From: Verrucomicrobiota bacterium
Lineage (GTDB): Bacteria > Verrucomicrobiota > Verrucomicrobiia > Opitutales > Seribacteraceae
Direction: 5' to 3'
Assembly (NCBI GenBank): GCA_027622665.1
Contig: JAQBYT010000005.1
Coordinates: forward strand, 96,001 to 160,000
Length of the DNA stretch: 64,000 nucleotides
A model generated the notes under the pieces. That model was given only the letters and a program-made list of their open reading frames with translations, was not told the DNA's origin and made no database searches. The number at the start of each line of letters is the position of its first letter. Position 1 is the first letter of the stretch. Of this stretch, positions 27,555-37,123 are shown in pieces. Both the position numbers and the translations under genes were made by a program.

Positions 27555-30500
27555 ATGAAACTCTTTGGATGTTTGTTGGGCTCGTACCTTCTGGTTGTGA
27601 TTCTTTCCCCGTTAACTTTTGCTAGTGATTCACTGGATAAAGCTAATCTCCTTTCTTCTGAAATCAACTTTCAGTTATCAAATGGAGATAAGGTCGTAGC
27701 CAACCGAATCTCCGGCATGGATCTGGGTGGAGGGGATTTCTCTTGGACTGGGGATTTGACGGGGGTGTCCGTAGGATTCATGACATTTGCTAAGGTCGAT
27801 GATTTGCTGAGCGGAACTGTTCATTTTGCTGCTGGTCACGCCTATTCCTTTCGCGGGCCATCGGGAGATCTGAAAATTAAACCTGTCAGTGCAAAAAAAC
27901 GCTCATGTGGTGGTTGCTTGCTTGGGAAGAAGTTACCGCCCGATCCCCGTCGGCAACGGCGCATCAAGACTTGGCGCAATGGCGACGGCAACCTTGTAGA
28001 CTTGCTGGTCGTCTATCCATCCGCCGTTGTCGATGAGGCGGCAGGAATCACCCCGTTGGCGGCGGATGTCGCCAAGGCCGTGGCCGACGCCAACCTCTGC
28101 TACCGCAACAGCCAAGTCAACTTACAGCTGCGTCTCGTCCATTTAGCTGAAGTTTCCTATACCCCGACGGGTGTCCTCGAAACGGACTTGGAACGCCTCG
28201 CGGGAACAGCTGACGGCTACATGGACGACGTCCACGCCCTTCGCGATCAATATGGCGCGGATCTCGTAGCTTTGCTTGCTACTGAGAGTAACTCCGGGGG
28301 ATTAGCCAATACCATGATGTACCCCAGTATTGATTTCGCCTCTCAAGGATTCAGCGTAAGTGTTTGGGATCAAATGGGTGCCCCCTCTTATACTCTTGCC
28401 CACGAACTAGGGCACAATATGGGCTGCTTGCATAATAGAGAGGACTCCAGTGACGTGGACGGAAGTTACGAATTCAGGTCTTTTTCCTATGGTAAACGAT
28501 GGCTTTCGGGAAATTCCGGATACGCTACTGTGATGTCCTACGATACCGAACCTACCTCCACCTTTCCTAACACGATACCTTTCTTCTCTAATCCCGATGT
28601 TTCTTATCTCGGAACAACTACCGGTAATGTAGGAACGGAGGACAATGCTCAGGTTCTTAAGTTTACTAGCCCTTATGTGGCCAATTTCCGTTCCGCAGTC
28701 GTGCAGAGTATTGTTCCTTCCCTCTCTTCGTTGGCGATCCAAGAAGGAAACTCGAGATCGTTTGGCGTCCGACTTGCGGTAAAGCCTTCCTCTCCCTTGT
28801 CGGTTAACATTTCCCTTGTTGCCGGCGGTGATGCCGACTTGATGATCACCAGTCCTTCATCGATGACCTTTGACTCGAGCAATTGGAACCTTCCGCACCC
28901 TTTGCAAATATCTGCCTTTTCGGATTCTGATACGGTCAACGGTAGTGCCACAATCAATCTTTCTGCAACAGGCGTCAACTCCACCACCGTATTAGTAACC
29001 GAAGTGGATTCCGGGACCACAATCTCGACTTCTCCTCTTATTGCAGGTATAGCGACCAACTCACTCGGTTTCGGGATTTCTGGAGTCACCATGACTTTTT
29101 CTAATGGAGGCGAACCAGTGGCCACCGACGCAAATGGCACCTTCCGGCATGAAGTCACCGAGGGGTGGAGCGGAATAATCACACCGAGTAAAATAGGTCA
29201 CACGTTTCTGCCTGCGAGTACTACGGTCAGTTCACTTTCTGCAGACTCAGTGGCTCACAACTTTACAGCTAGCCGTTCGAGCACACTCTTTGTCGACGTC
29301 GATGCATTTGGTGCCGGGGATGGTTCCAGTTGGACTAATGCCTACACGGATTTGGCAGTAGCATTGCGATCCAAGCATCCCTTTTCGGAGGTGTGGGTTG
29401 CCGAAGGCACCTATAAGCCGGGAGTTGTGCGCCCATCCGCTTTTCTGCTTCCTCCGGACATTCCCGTGTACGGAGGCTTTACGGGGGTGGAAACCTCCCT
29501 GACCCAAAGAGATTACTCGGCTAACATAACCATTCTCTCTGGCGATATCGGCGATCCTAATGTTTCTGCCGATAATTGTTATCACGTGGTGATCCCCACC
29601 GCAAATGCCACCCTAGATGGTTTTTTTATAACCGATGGCAATGCCAACGAAAATTATTCTGACGATCGAGGTAAAGGTGGTGCGCTTTGGGCTGAGCATT
29701 CGGCTTTTACGATCAAGAATTGTGTTTTCTCAAGTAACTCTGCCAATCAACAGGGAGGCGCCATTTTCTTGAATGAATCTAACGCAACGCTTATTGGTTG
29801 CACTTTCAATGGTAATATCACGGGCTCGACTGGCGATGGGGGCGCAGTTGATCTCAATTCTTCAACCCTTACGCTAACTGCCTGTCGTTTTGTTTCAAAT
29901 CACTCCTATTATTACGGTGGAGCCATTAACAGCCTAAATTCGAACTTAACACTCAACTCGAGTTCTTTCGTCACCAATCAAAGCCTTAACTCGAACGGTG
30001 GCGGGGCAATCCGGCTCAAAGGAGGTTCGATACAAGGCTCTTTTAACTCTTTTACTTCAAATAAAGCTACTCATGAAGGCGGGGCAATACTTTGGGAAGA
30101 AACAACGGGCTCTCTTTCAGATTCCAATTTCACATCCAATCAAAACCTTTCTTGGAATGGGGGAGGGGGCATCTATTTTAAAAATGCCTCGCCCACAATT
30201 TTGCGCTGCTCCTTTACTGGCAACATTACCAATGCCAACAACTCTGGTGGCGCTATCCATCTAAACAATGCTTCACCCACGATTTCTAATTGTGTTCTTG
30301 CCTCGAATGCAGCTGCCTTAAATTCCGGTGGCGCCATCTCCATTGATTCAAGTTCTCTTCCAGTACTGAGCGGCAACGAATTTCGATACAATTCCGCCGA
30401 AAGTTACGGGGGGGCAATTTATGTTTCCGGAGGACAGAACTTACTGGCAACAAATAACCTCTTTCTAGGGAATTATAGTAATTCTGGTGGCGCGGTCTCG

Positions 30501-32861
30501 GCTTGGGGGACTACGGGGATGACTTTTACGAATTGTCGCTTTATCGGCAACGAGGCTAATGGGAGTTCCGGTTCCAGTGGCGGTATGGCTATGCTGGCAA
30601 ACGGCACCACATCGACATCTTTTGTCAACTGTGTCATTTCGGGAAATAAAGCAAACTACAGGAGTGGTGTTCTTCAAGCTGATGGCACTACTCGCTTCGT
30701 GAACTGTACATTATATGGAAATGTTGCTGAGGAAGGTGGGGTAACGCTTCTTTTTACAGGTGAAACGATGGAATTGGAAAACTCGATTATTTGGGGTAAT
30801 TCGGCAAATGTCATTCCGGACATATACAAAAACACGGGAGCCGTAAGCATCAACAATTCTCTTTTCTTATCTTCGCAGTCTTCAGAGTTGCCAAGTGGTT
30901 TAGGAAATCTTTCGGGGGATCCGCTTTTCATTGATGCAGATGGAACTGATAATTTAGTCGGCACAGAGGATGATGATCTTGGATTACAGGCCTCCTCTCC
31001 CGCAATCGATCAAGCGTCTCCCTCAGTTTCCGGCTATTCCTCGTCCGACGCTCTGGGCAAAACTCGTTACGGTTCTGCTCCGGATTTAGGTGCTTACGAA
31101 TATCGTATAAACTCCGCCCCGGTTCTTACTAATTCGACAGAGGCGGGAGAATTATTGGTCACTGCCACAGACGGCAATGTATCCGTAGTGACCCTTTCGG
31201 TTGCCGATGCGGACGGCGATGCCGTCTCTTTCTCCCTTGGTGACTCCAATGACGATACTCTCTTTAGAATCGCCTCCGCCACTGGAGTTGTTCGATTTCG
31301 AACCCCACCGAACTTCGCTTCGCCCGCGGACTCAAACTCAGACAATATATACGCCCTGACCGTTTTTTACACCGACTCTGAAGCTCCTCCCAATTCCATA
31401 ACACTTCGAGTCACTGTGACCGACTCGGGTTCAATTGCCCCAATATATGTAAACCTCACGATTGAAACGGAGGGGGAGGGAGTCGTCTCCGATACCGGCG
31501 AAGGAACCTACGAGCTTCATGATACAGCTTCCATTACGGCAACGGCGGGCACAAGCTATGTTTTCGCCAACTGGACGGGAGATGCCAACGGCAGCGAGAA
31601 TCCCCTGACGCTCACAATGGACGGCAACAAGACCGTCGTTGCTGTCTTCAATAAACTTAATGCACTCCCTCAGCTGACGCATGTTCTGACTGACAATAGT
31701 TTTTCCATTACCTTGACGGAAAATACAACTGTCGCCCTAGACCTCAATGCCTCCGACGAAGACGGTGACGCCGTAACATTTGCTCTTTCCGGTACGGACT
31801 CAGACCTTTTCGACCTAAATTCCACCACGGGCATTCTTCGTTTTCTTATCCCTCCCGACTACGAAAACCCCGCTGATGCGGACCTGAACCACGCTTACGA
31901 TTTGGAGATAACTATTTCTGATGGCATCGATATCACTTCTGCAATCTTACGAATCTCTATCCTTGACGATACTTCCGAACTTCCAATTAATTATACTTTA
32001 ACCGTTGCAGTCGAGGGATTCGGAGAAGTTATGATGTCCAACGACCAGTCCATCTCCTCAAGCACCAGTTTTCTTCATTCCGTGGATGCGAACGTCACCC
32101 TCGTTGCCAATGCTGCCTCAGGATATGCATTTTCGAGATGGAAGGGAGATGCAAACAGCAGTATGGCCAACATTACTTTTTCCATGAACGGAAATAAGGG
32201 TATTACTGCCGTTTTCACTAAACTAAATGTTGCTCCCAGCCTCTTGCACAATCTTACCGCAGGCGTGGTTCAAGTAAATGTCACCGAGAACAATCTCTCG
32301 GTTCTAACATTCGCTGCGGAGGACGAGGATGGTGATACCGTCACCTTCGGTCTCCAAGAAGAGGGAGATTCCCAAATGTTTGATTTGAATGAAACCTCAG
32401 GCCTTCTTTCTTTCAAAACTGCTCCAGACTTCGAATTGCCAACAGATGCCGGAATTGACAACGTTTATGAAATTTCCGTTACCTTGTCCGACGGTAATCT
32501 TACTACCTCTCCCGTAGGTGTTCGCGTTTATGTACTCGACCATGCCGAACACACTTGGAATTACGCCAAGCATTTGGGTGACGGTTGGCGATGCTTCGCT
32601 TGGTTCGGCAACTACTACGATACTAATATAGGGTGGCTATTCCACGAGTACCATGGATGGATTTACCGTGAAGGTGAGAATACCAATACGAACTCAATTT
32701 GGTTTTACGACCCCACGTTAGGTTGGCTATGGACTAGTTCTTACGTATACCCCAACCTCTATCAATCAGAACCCGGTGAATGGATTTACTATGACGACTC
32801 CTCGATATCGCCTCGAAGGTTTTATCGTTACAGTGCCTACGCCTGGGAGAAGATCAACTAA
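27555..32861 (+). CDS. Large secreted surface protein: reprolysin-like (M12) metzincin + Ig-like domains + Pmp-type beta-helix + cadherin and InlB B-type repeats + Trp-rich C-terminal domain
   Basis: HELGHNMGCLH zinc motif and TVMSY Met-turn; many GGAI/FxxN repeats; SPAID...DLGAYE; three DxDGD...PxF/Y..P.D cadherin repeats; two F..W.GD...M.GNK...AVF repeats; start 27519-27555 uncertain. Confidence 0.88.
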   Translation: MKLFGCLLGSYLLVVILSPLTFASDSLDKANLLSSEINFQLSNGDKVVANRISGMDLGGGDFSWTGDLTGVSVGFMTFAKVDDLLSGTVHFAAGHAYSFRGPSGDLKIKPVSAKKRSCGGCLLGKKLPPDPRRQRRIKTWRNGDGNLVDLLVVYPSAVVDEAAGITPLAADVAKAVADANLCYRNSQVNLQLRLVHLAEVSYTPTGVLETDLERLAGTADGYMDDVHALRDQYGADLVALLATESNSGGLANTMMYPSIDFASQGFSVSVWDQMGAPSYTLAHELGHNMGCLHNREDSSDVDGSYEFRSFSYGKRWLSGNSGYATVMSYDTEPTSTFPNTIPFFSNPDVSYLGTTTGNVGTEDNAQVLKFTSPYVANFRSAVVQSIVPSLSSLAIQEGNSRSFGVRLAVKPSSPLSVNISLVAGGDADLMITSPSSMTFDSSNWNLPHPLQISAFSDSDTVNGSATINLSATGVNSTTVLVTEVDSGTTISTSPLIAGIATNSLGFGISGVTMTFSNGGEPVATDANGTFRHEVTEGWSGIITPSKIGHTFLPASTTVSSLSADSVAHNFTASRSSTLFVDVDAFGAGDGSSWTNAYTDLAVALRSKHPFSEVWVAEGTYKPGVVRPSAFLLPPDIPVYGGFTGVETSLTQRDYSANITILSGDIGDPNVSADNCYHVVIPTANATLDGFFITDGNANENYSDDRGKGGALWAEHSAFTIKNCVFSSNSANQQGGAIFLNESNATLIGCTFNGNITGSTGDGGAVDLNSSTLTLTACRFVSNHSYYYGGAINSLNSNLTLNSSSFVTNQSLNSNGGGAIRLKGGSIQGSFNSFTSNKATHEGGAILWEETTGSLSDSNFTSNQNLSWNGGGGIYFKNASPTILRCSFTGNITNANNSGGAIHLNNASPTISNCVLASNAAALNSGGAISIDSSSLPVLSGNEFRYNSAESYGGAIYVSGGQNLLATNNLFLGNYSNSGGAVSAWGTTGMTFTNCRFIGNEANGSSGSSGGMAMLANGTTSTSFVNCVISGNKANYRSGVLQADGTTRFVNCTLYGNVAEEGGVTLLFTGETMELENSIIWGNSANVIPDIYKNTGAVSINNSLFLSSQSSELPSGLGNLSGDPLFIDADGTDNLVGTEDDDLGLQASSPAIDQASPSVSGYSSSDALGKTRYGSAPDLGAYEYRINSAPVLTNSTEAGELLVTATDGNVSVVTLSVADADGDAVSFSLGDSNDDTLFRIASATGVVRFRTPPNFASPADSNSDNIYALTVFYTDSEAPPNSITLRVTVTDSGSIAPIYVNLTIETEGEGVVSDTGEGTYELHDTASITATAGTSYVFANWTGDANGSENPLTLTMDGNKTVVAVFNKLNALPQLTHVLTDNSFSITLTENTTVALDLNASDEDGDAVTFALSGTDSDLFDLNSTTGILRFLIPPDYENPADADLNHAYDLEITISDGIDITSAILRISILDDTSELPINYTLTVAVEGFGEVMMSNDQSISSSTSFLHSVDANVTLVANAASGYAFSRWKGDANSSMANITFSMNGNKGITAVFTKLNVAPSLLHNLTAGVVQVNVTENNLSVLTFAAEDEDGDTVTFGLQEEGDSQMFDLNETSGLLSFKTAPDFELPTDAGIDNVYEISVTLSDGNLTTSPVGVRVYVLDHAEHTWNYAKHLGDGWRCFAWFGNYYDTNIGWLFHEYHGWIYREGENTNTNSIWFYDPTLGWLWTSSYVYPNLYQSEPGEWIYYDDSSISPRRFYRYSAYAWEKIN

Positions 32862-32943
32862 GAATAACTAGTCTTAATGGAATCGTATATCTCAAGTAGA
32901 AAAATCGCTCCATCTCCAAATTGGAAAATCCTGAAACAGCGAC

Positions 32944-33462
32944 TTACTTCTTCTTGTTTCCTCCGAACAGACCGCGAAGACCGCTAGGTTTTTGACCGTC
33001 GTCCTTTTTTGCCTCATCCTTGCCATCGGTTGACGTGCGGGACTTTATCGCGACTGCTTCTTCGGCGGTAACCCACATATGGACATGAGCTTTTTCAACT
33101 GTAAGTACGTAATTGCGGTTTAGGGTGAAGCCATAGGTTTTGAACATCATCTTGTTGTTCTCATTCAACTTGGCTTGAAGATCTGCCAATTGCTTCTTCA
33201 ATCCAACGTGCTTTTGTTCGTCTTGCTCATTCTGAAGTTTTGAGTGTAACTGAACCGCTAAGGAGCGCTGTTGTTGAACGAGCTGTACGTTTTTTTGAAA
33301 CTCTTGATTCGATGCAATTGTATTGAGCGAAGAAACCTTGACGAGCTCCAGTTTTTGCTGTGGAGCAGGTGCTGCCACTGGCTTGGCACCCTTGTTTTGG
33401 GCGAATGTCGCGGTGGCGGCGAGCGTGAACGAAACGAGAGAGAGAATGCGGATGAATTTCAT
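32944..33462 (-). CDS. Secreted hypothetical protein with central coiled coil
   Basis: Signal peptide (ATFA), Gln/Lys-rich helix, YGFTLNRNYVL motif; no family recognised with certainty. Confidence 0.7.
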   Translation of the reverse strand: MKFIRILSLVSFTLAATATFAQNKGAKPVAAPAPQQKLELVKVSSLNTIASNQEFQKNVQLVQQQRSLAVQLHSKLQNEQDEQKHVGLKKQLADLQAKLNENNKMMFKTYGFTLNRNYVLTVEKAHVHMWVTAEEAVAIKSRTSTDGKDEAKKDDGQKPSGLRGLFGGNKKK

Positions 33463-33529
33463 GGTACTTATAAAGGTTAAAGTTTAGATTTTTGTTTTCG
33501 AGCGATTACTTTTGTATTGGTTTGAGGTT

Positions 33530-34222
33530 TCACGGGGTTAATTTCCGGATGCGCATTTTGCGAATTACTCCTGTAGTTGCGTAACTGCAAAGGCCCAGCG
33601 GGGCGGCTAGCTCGACTTCACCGGAACGCATGCTGATCTTTCGATTGCCGACTTCGCAGTCGATAATTTTCTTTGCATCGACCCATGCCTCCAGCTTGGC
33701 CTTGGTGACTCGAAGGCGAACGTCGTACCAGCGATTTTCTTCAAAGACGTAAACATCTCCCGTTTCATTTTCGGATGCATCGAAGTCATCAATACTTGAT
33801 ATGCCGACGAGAGCACCGCCCCATCCGCCGAGAATGAGAGTGGCGTTGGAGTCTAAGTATGGGAAGGTCAGACCACAGAAAAAATCGCCCCCTTGTCCGC
33901 GCTTTGCTTGCAGGGCAATTTCATAATCGATAGTTGGGTAATCTCCTCCGTCCGGCAAGTGGACTCCTGTCAACTCGATGCCCATTCCGAGGACGAGACT
34001 CCCGTTTTCATCGAAGCTTACTTCGCCTCTACCTGCATAGTCGGTGACTTTCCAATCTCCCAGTGTTTTGCCGTCGAAGACAGATTTCCATGCTTTTCCC
34101 GACGAACTCTTGTCTTCTGCTGAATTGGTGGAACTTGTAACGCATCCGGAAGAGAGACCGAATATAAATAAAAAGCCAGTTACGACGGCATAGTGAATGT
34201 GAGTAGTTTTCATGTGATGCAT
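33530..34222 (-). CDS. DUF1080 / 3-keto-disaccharide hydrolase-like lipoprotein
   Basis: LSSGC lipobox; WKSVFDGKTLGDW, DYEIAL, WYDVRLRV, RKMRIRKL. Confidence 0.8.
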   Translation of the reverse strand: MHHMKTTHIHYAVVTGFLFIFGLSSGCVTSSTNSAEDKSSSGKAWKSVFDGKTLGDWKVTDYAGRGEVSFDENGSLVLGMGIELTGVHLPDGGDYPTIDYEIALQAKRGQGGDFFCGLTFPYLDSNATLILGGWGGALVGISSIDDFDASENETGDVYVFEENRWYDVRLRVTKAKLEAWVDAKKIIDCEVGNRKISMRSGEVELAAPLGLCSYATTGVIRKMRIRKLTP

Positions 34223-34228
34223 GGAGGC

Positions 34229-34750
34229 TTATCTTGGTGATGCAGGAAGGTATGCTTTTAAACCGTGGATACAGGAATTCACAATATTTTCAACAGTATC
34301 GGAAATTTCTATGCTAACGGCAAGCTCATCATCCGAAGGAGGTTCAAGTGTTTCAATTTGGCTATCAAGCAATTTGGGGTTGAAGAAGTGTCCGGATCTG
34401 CTCCCAATTCGCTCCTCCAGCAATGAGCGATCTCCAGTAAGATGGAGGTAGACTATAGGGCGATGTAGTTCTAAAAAAAAATCCCGGTACTTTTGCTTGA
34501 GGGCGGAACATGATACGATTACAAGATTGGACTCCTTCTTTAAGGCGTCCCGAATGGCCGCAAACCACCCTTTTCTGTCATGATCATTCAGAGGAAGACC
34601 CTTACCCATTTTGACTTTGTTCTCTCGGGGATGAAAATCATCGCCTTCAAGAAACGAACATTCGAAATGATCGGCGAGAGCGGAACCGATGGTGCTTTTT
34701 CCACATCCGGAAACACCCATGACAACTATTACAGGCGTAGGTGAAACCAT
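34229..34750 (-). CDS. gntK: Gluconokinase (GntK/IdnK type)
   Basis: MGVSGCGKST, EGDDFHP, PLNDHDR..W, CSALK..YR, LDSQ..LEPP. Confidence 0.92.
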   Translation of the reverse strand: MVSPTPVIVVMGVSGCGKSTIGSALADHFECSFLEGDDFHPRENKVKMGKGLPLNDHDRKGWFAAIRDALKKESNLVIVSCSALKQKYRDFFLELHRPIVYLHLTGDRSLLEERIGSRSGHFFNPKLLDSQIETLEPPSDDELAVSIEISDTVENIVNSCIHGLKAYLPASPR

Positions 34751-34811
34751 TGAGACATAGACGGACTAAAGATGTCCTAAACCTTATGGATTGAGTGCTT
34801 TGATTGAGAGG

Positions 34812-35204
34812 TTAGATCTCCTGCGGCCGCTGAATGACTTCTATTTCGTAACCTTCCGGAGCATCTACAAAGGCGAAAATAGAACCAGAGGAACTTGGTG
34901 TGGGACCATCACTGAATTCCACTCCTAATGATTGAATGTGTTCACCAAACGAGTCCATGCTCTCGACCTCGAAGGCTAGGTGCATAAGGTCTTCCTGCAC
35001 TTTTACGGAACCAGAATCGGGGTAATAAGTGATTTCGATTTCCTCGTCGCTATTCGGAACGGCGAGAAACACGAGTTTTGAACCGCGAGGAGACTCGTGC
35101 CGCTTGGTCACCTCCAATCCGAATACCTTTTGGTAAAAGGCAACCGTTTGTTCAAGATCGTTGACGCGCATCCGCGTGTGGAGGAATTTCTTTACAATCG
35201 ACAT
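34812..35204 (-). CDS. VOC family protein (lactoylglutathione lyase-like)
   Basis: LHTRMRVNDLE, EIEIT, HLAFEV, FVDAPEGYEIE. Confidence 0.9.
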   Translation of the reverse strand: MSIVKKFLHTRMRVNDLEQTVAFYQKVFGLEVTKRHESPRGSKLVFLAVPNSDEEIEITYYPDSGSVKVQEDLMHLAFEVESMDSFGEHIQSLGVEFSDGPTPSSSGSIFAFVDAPEGYEIEVIQRPQEI

Positions 35205-35276
35205 TGATAAAGGATCGAGGAGGGATGTTAAAAAGAAGGAATCATGGGATATCCTTCTTAACGATAAAACGACGTA

Positions 35277-35753
35277 CTATTCGAAAGCAAAGGTGATCTT
35301 TTCAATACCTGCCGTGGAACAAGCATTAAGCACGCTGATCGATGACTGATGTTCGGCAATGCCTGAGGATTCTATCTGAACTTTCAATTCGGCTTCTTCC
35401 TTGGATCTGGCACCGCTCGCAATGAGTTGATCGCGCATACTTTTTTGCTGTTTCAAATTGGCTACCAAATCCAACATTTCGTAATTGGGGGCTCCAGTTG
35501 AAGTTGTTGCTTGCTCAATTTCTGATCCATTCAAGATGACTTGACCATAATCTCCTATTTCGACGCTAAGCAGGGGCATCGGCTTAAGATCGCTATTCGC
35601 AGGCTTGCCGGGGAGTTGAATGGAAAGTTCCGCTTCCGGTTGTTTCAGCATCGTCGTAACCATGAAATAGATCAATAGTAAGAACGTTACATCGATCATC
35701 GGAGTAAGATCGACAGTATCCTCTTCCCTTATGAGCTTCTTGAAGAATTCCAT
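35277..35753 (-). CDS. exbD: ExbD/TolR family protein
   Basis: DLTPMIDVTFLLLIYFMV TM helix with conserved Asp; ATG 35753. Confidence 0.9.
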   Translation of the reverse strand: MEFFKKLIREEDTVDLTPMIDVTFLLLIYFMVTTMLKQPEAELSIQLPGKPANSDLKPMPLLSVEIGDYGQVILNGSEIEQATTSTGAPNYEMLDLVANLKQQKSMRDQLIASGARSKEEAELKVQIESSGIAEHQSSISVLNACSTAGIEKITFAFE

Positions 35754-35757
35754 ATCG

Positions 35758-36180
35758 TTACTTTCCTCCTCCGTTTGCGACCTGCCATGTGCCAAAGATG
35801 ATATCGGCTTGGCCGGCGTTACCTATTTCCTTCAAGACGTCCTGAACCAAAGAGTGGGTGATTTTGGGATGAACCCTTAAAAAAACTTTCCACTCTGGAT
35901 GCTTGCTGACGTAAAAGCCAACTTGGTTGAGGTCGATTTCCGATTCTCCCCAGTAGAACTTTTGTCCATCGGGCGTGTCGTCTATCGTAATTATGGTGCG
36001 CGGTGGAGGTGACTCCTTCACCGCAGATCGGCTAGCCACTGCCATCTGTTCCAGTTCTACGTATTGCTCAGACATTTGCTGGGCAACGACCATGAAGAAT
36101 ACGATCAGCAAGAAGACGACGTCGATCATCGGCGTCAAATCAGGAGCATCGTTGCTTTCTTCGGCTTGAAACCCTTTCAT
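35758..36180 (-). CDS. exbD: ExbD/TolR family protein
   Basis: DLTPMIDVVFLLIVFFMV TM helix with conserved Asp. Confidence 0.9.
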   Translation of the reverse strand: MKGFQAEESNDAPDLTPMIDVVFLLIVFFMVVAQQMSEQYVELEQMAVASRSAVKESPPPRTIITIDDTPDGQKFYWGESEIDLNQVGFYVSKHPEWKVFLRVHPKITHSLVQDVLKEIGNAGQADIIFGTWQVANGGGK

Positions 36181-36231
36181 GAAGGTGTCGGCTTTACTTT
36201 TATAACAATAATTGTACCCGCAATAGGTGAT

Positions 36232-37089
36232 TCAAGCAGGTGGAGATGGGATTCCCGGTGGGAGAGGAGTCATGGAATCGCCCTCATCGTCGTAATACTC
36301 CTCGCCTTCGCCACCCTCCTCATCAAATCCTCCGCGAGCTGCACGGACTAGTGTAAATACCATGTTGCCGGCTACACGATTTACTTCAGCTGCAATAGTG
36401 CCGAATTTTGTTTTGTATATAAAATACGCGATCAGGGTGGGTATGGCGACAATCAATCCGGAGGCAGTGGTCCATAATGCACTACCGATATTTCCTGCCA
36501 TTTTCTGACTAGATTCTCCACCCATTCCAGATTCAGTGAGTACATTGAAAGCTCCAATCATACCAGTCACAGTTCCGAGCAACCCAATCATCGGGGCGAT
36601 GGAACCTATGGTATTCAACATGTTGATCCAAGTATATGGTTTAGCCAATTCAATCGCCGAGGCTTCCTCCAATCCTTTCTCTATTGAATCGGTATCCAGT
36701 TCATCATCTTGAATTCTATCAAGTCCGGCTTTAAGTACCGCAGTTATGGGAAGCTTGTACTGCTCGCACAGTGCTCGGGCTCCGTCGATGTTTAGTCTGC
36801 TAACTTCTTGAAGAATGGGCTCTACGACCTCCTTCTTAACGAAAGCCTTTTTTCTGATGGCTATGCCGTTGTAGATGATGAGGGTAATACCGCCCACCAT
36901 CATGAGAAGAAAAGGGATGAGGAAGGTCCAACCCAACGACTCCATCAGTTGCTGGCCGAAGGACTTCGTTTGGGCGTGAGCCGTTGTTGCCAGCATGCCC
37001 GGGCACAGAACCGCGAACGCGACAAGCGTTGATAGTAAATTTCGTAAACTTCCTATTTTCATAATTTTAATATTAATACCTGATGTCAT
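36232..37089 (-). CDS. exbB: MotA/TolQ/ExbB proton channel family protein
   Basis: APMIGLLGTVTGMI and ALWTTASGLIVAIP; cleavable-looking N-terminal signal; acidic/Pro tail. Confidence 0.92.
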   Translation of the reverse strand: MTSGINIKIMKIGSLRNLLSTLVAFAVLCPGMLATTAHAQTKSFGQQLMESLGWTFLIPFLLMMVGGITLIIYNGIAIRKKAFVKKEVVEPILQEVSRLNIDGARALCEQYKLPITAVLKAGLDRIQDDELDTDSIEKGLEEASAIELAKPYTWINMLNTIGSIAPMIGLLGTVTGMIGAFNVLTESGMGGESSQKMAGNIGSALWTTASGLIVAIPTLIAYFIYKTKFGTIAAEVNRVAGNMVFTLVRAARGGFDEEGGEGEEYYDDEGDSMTPLPPGIPSPPA

Positions 37090-37123
37090 AGGTGGGCCGT
37101 TATCGTCAAATACGTAAAAAGGT

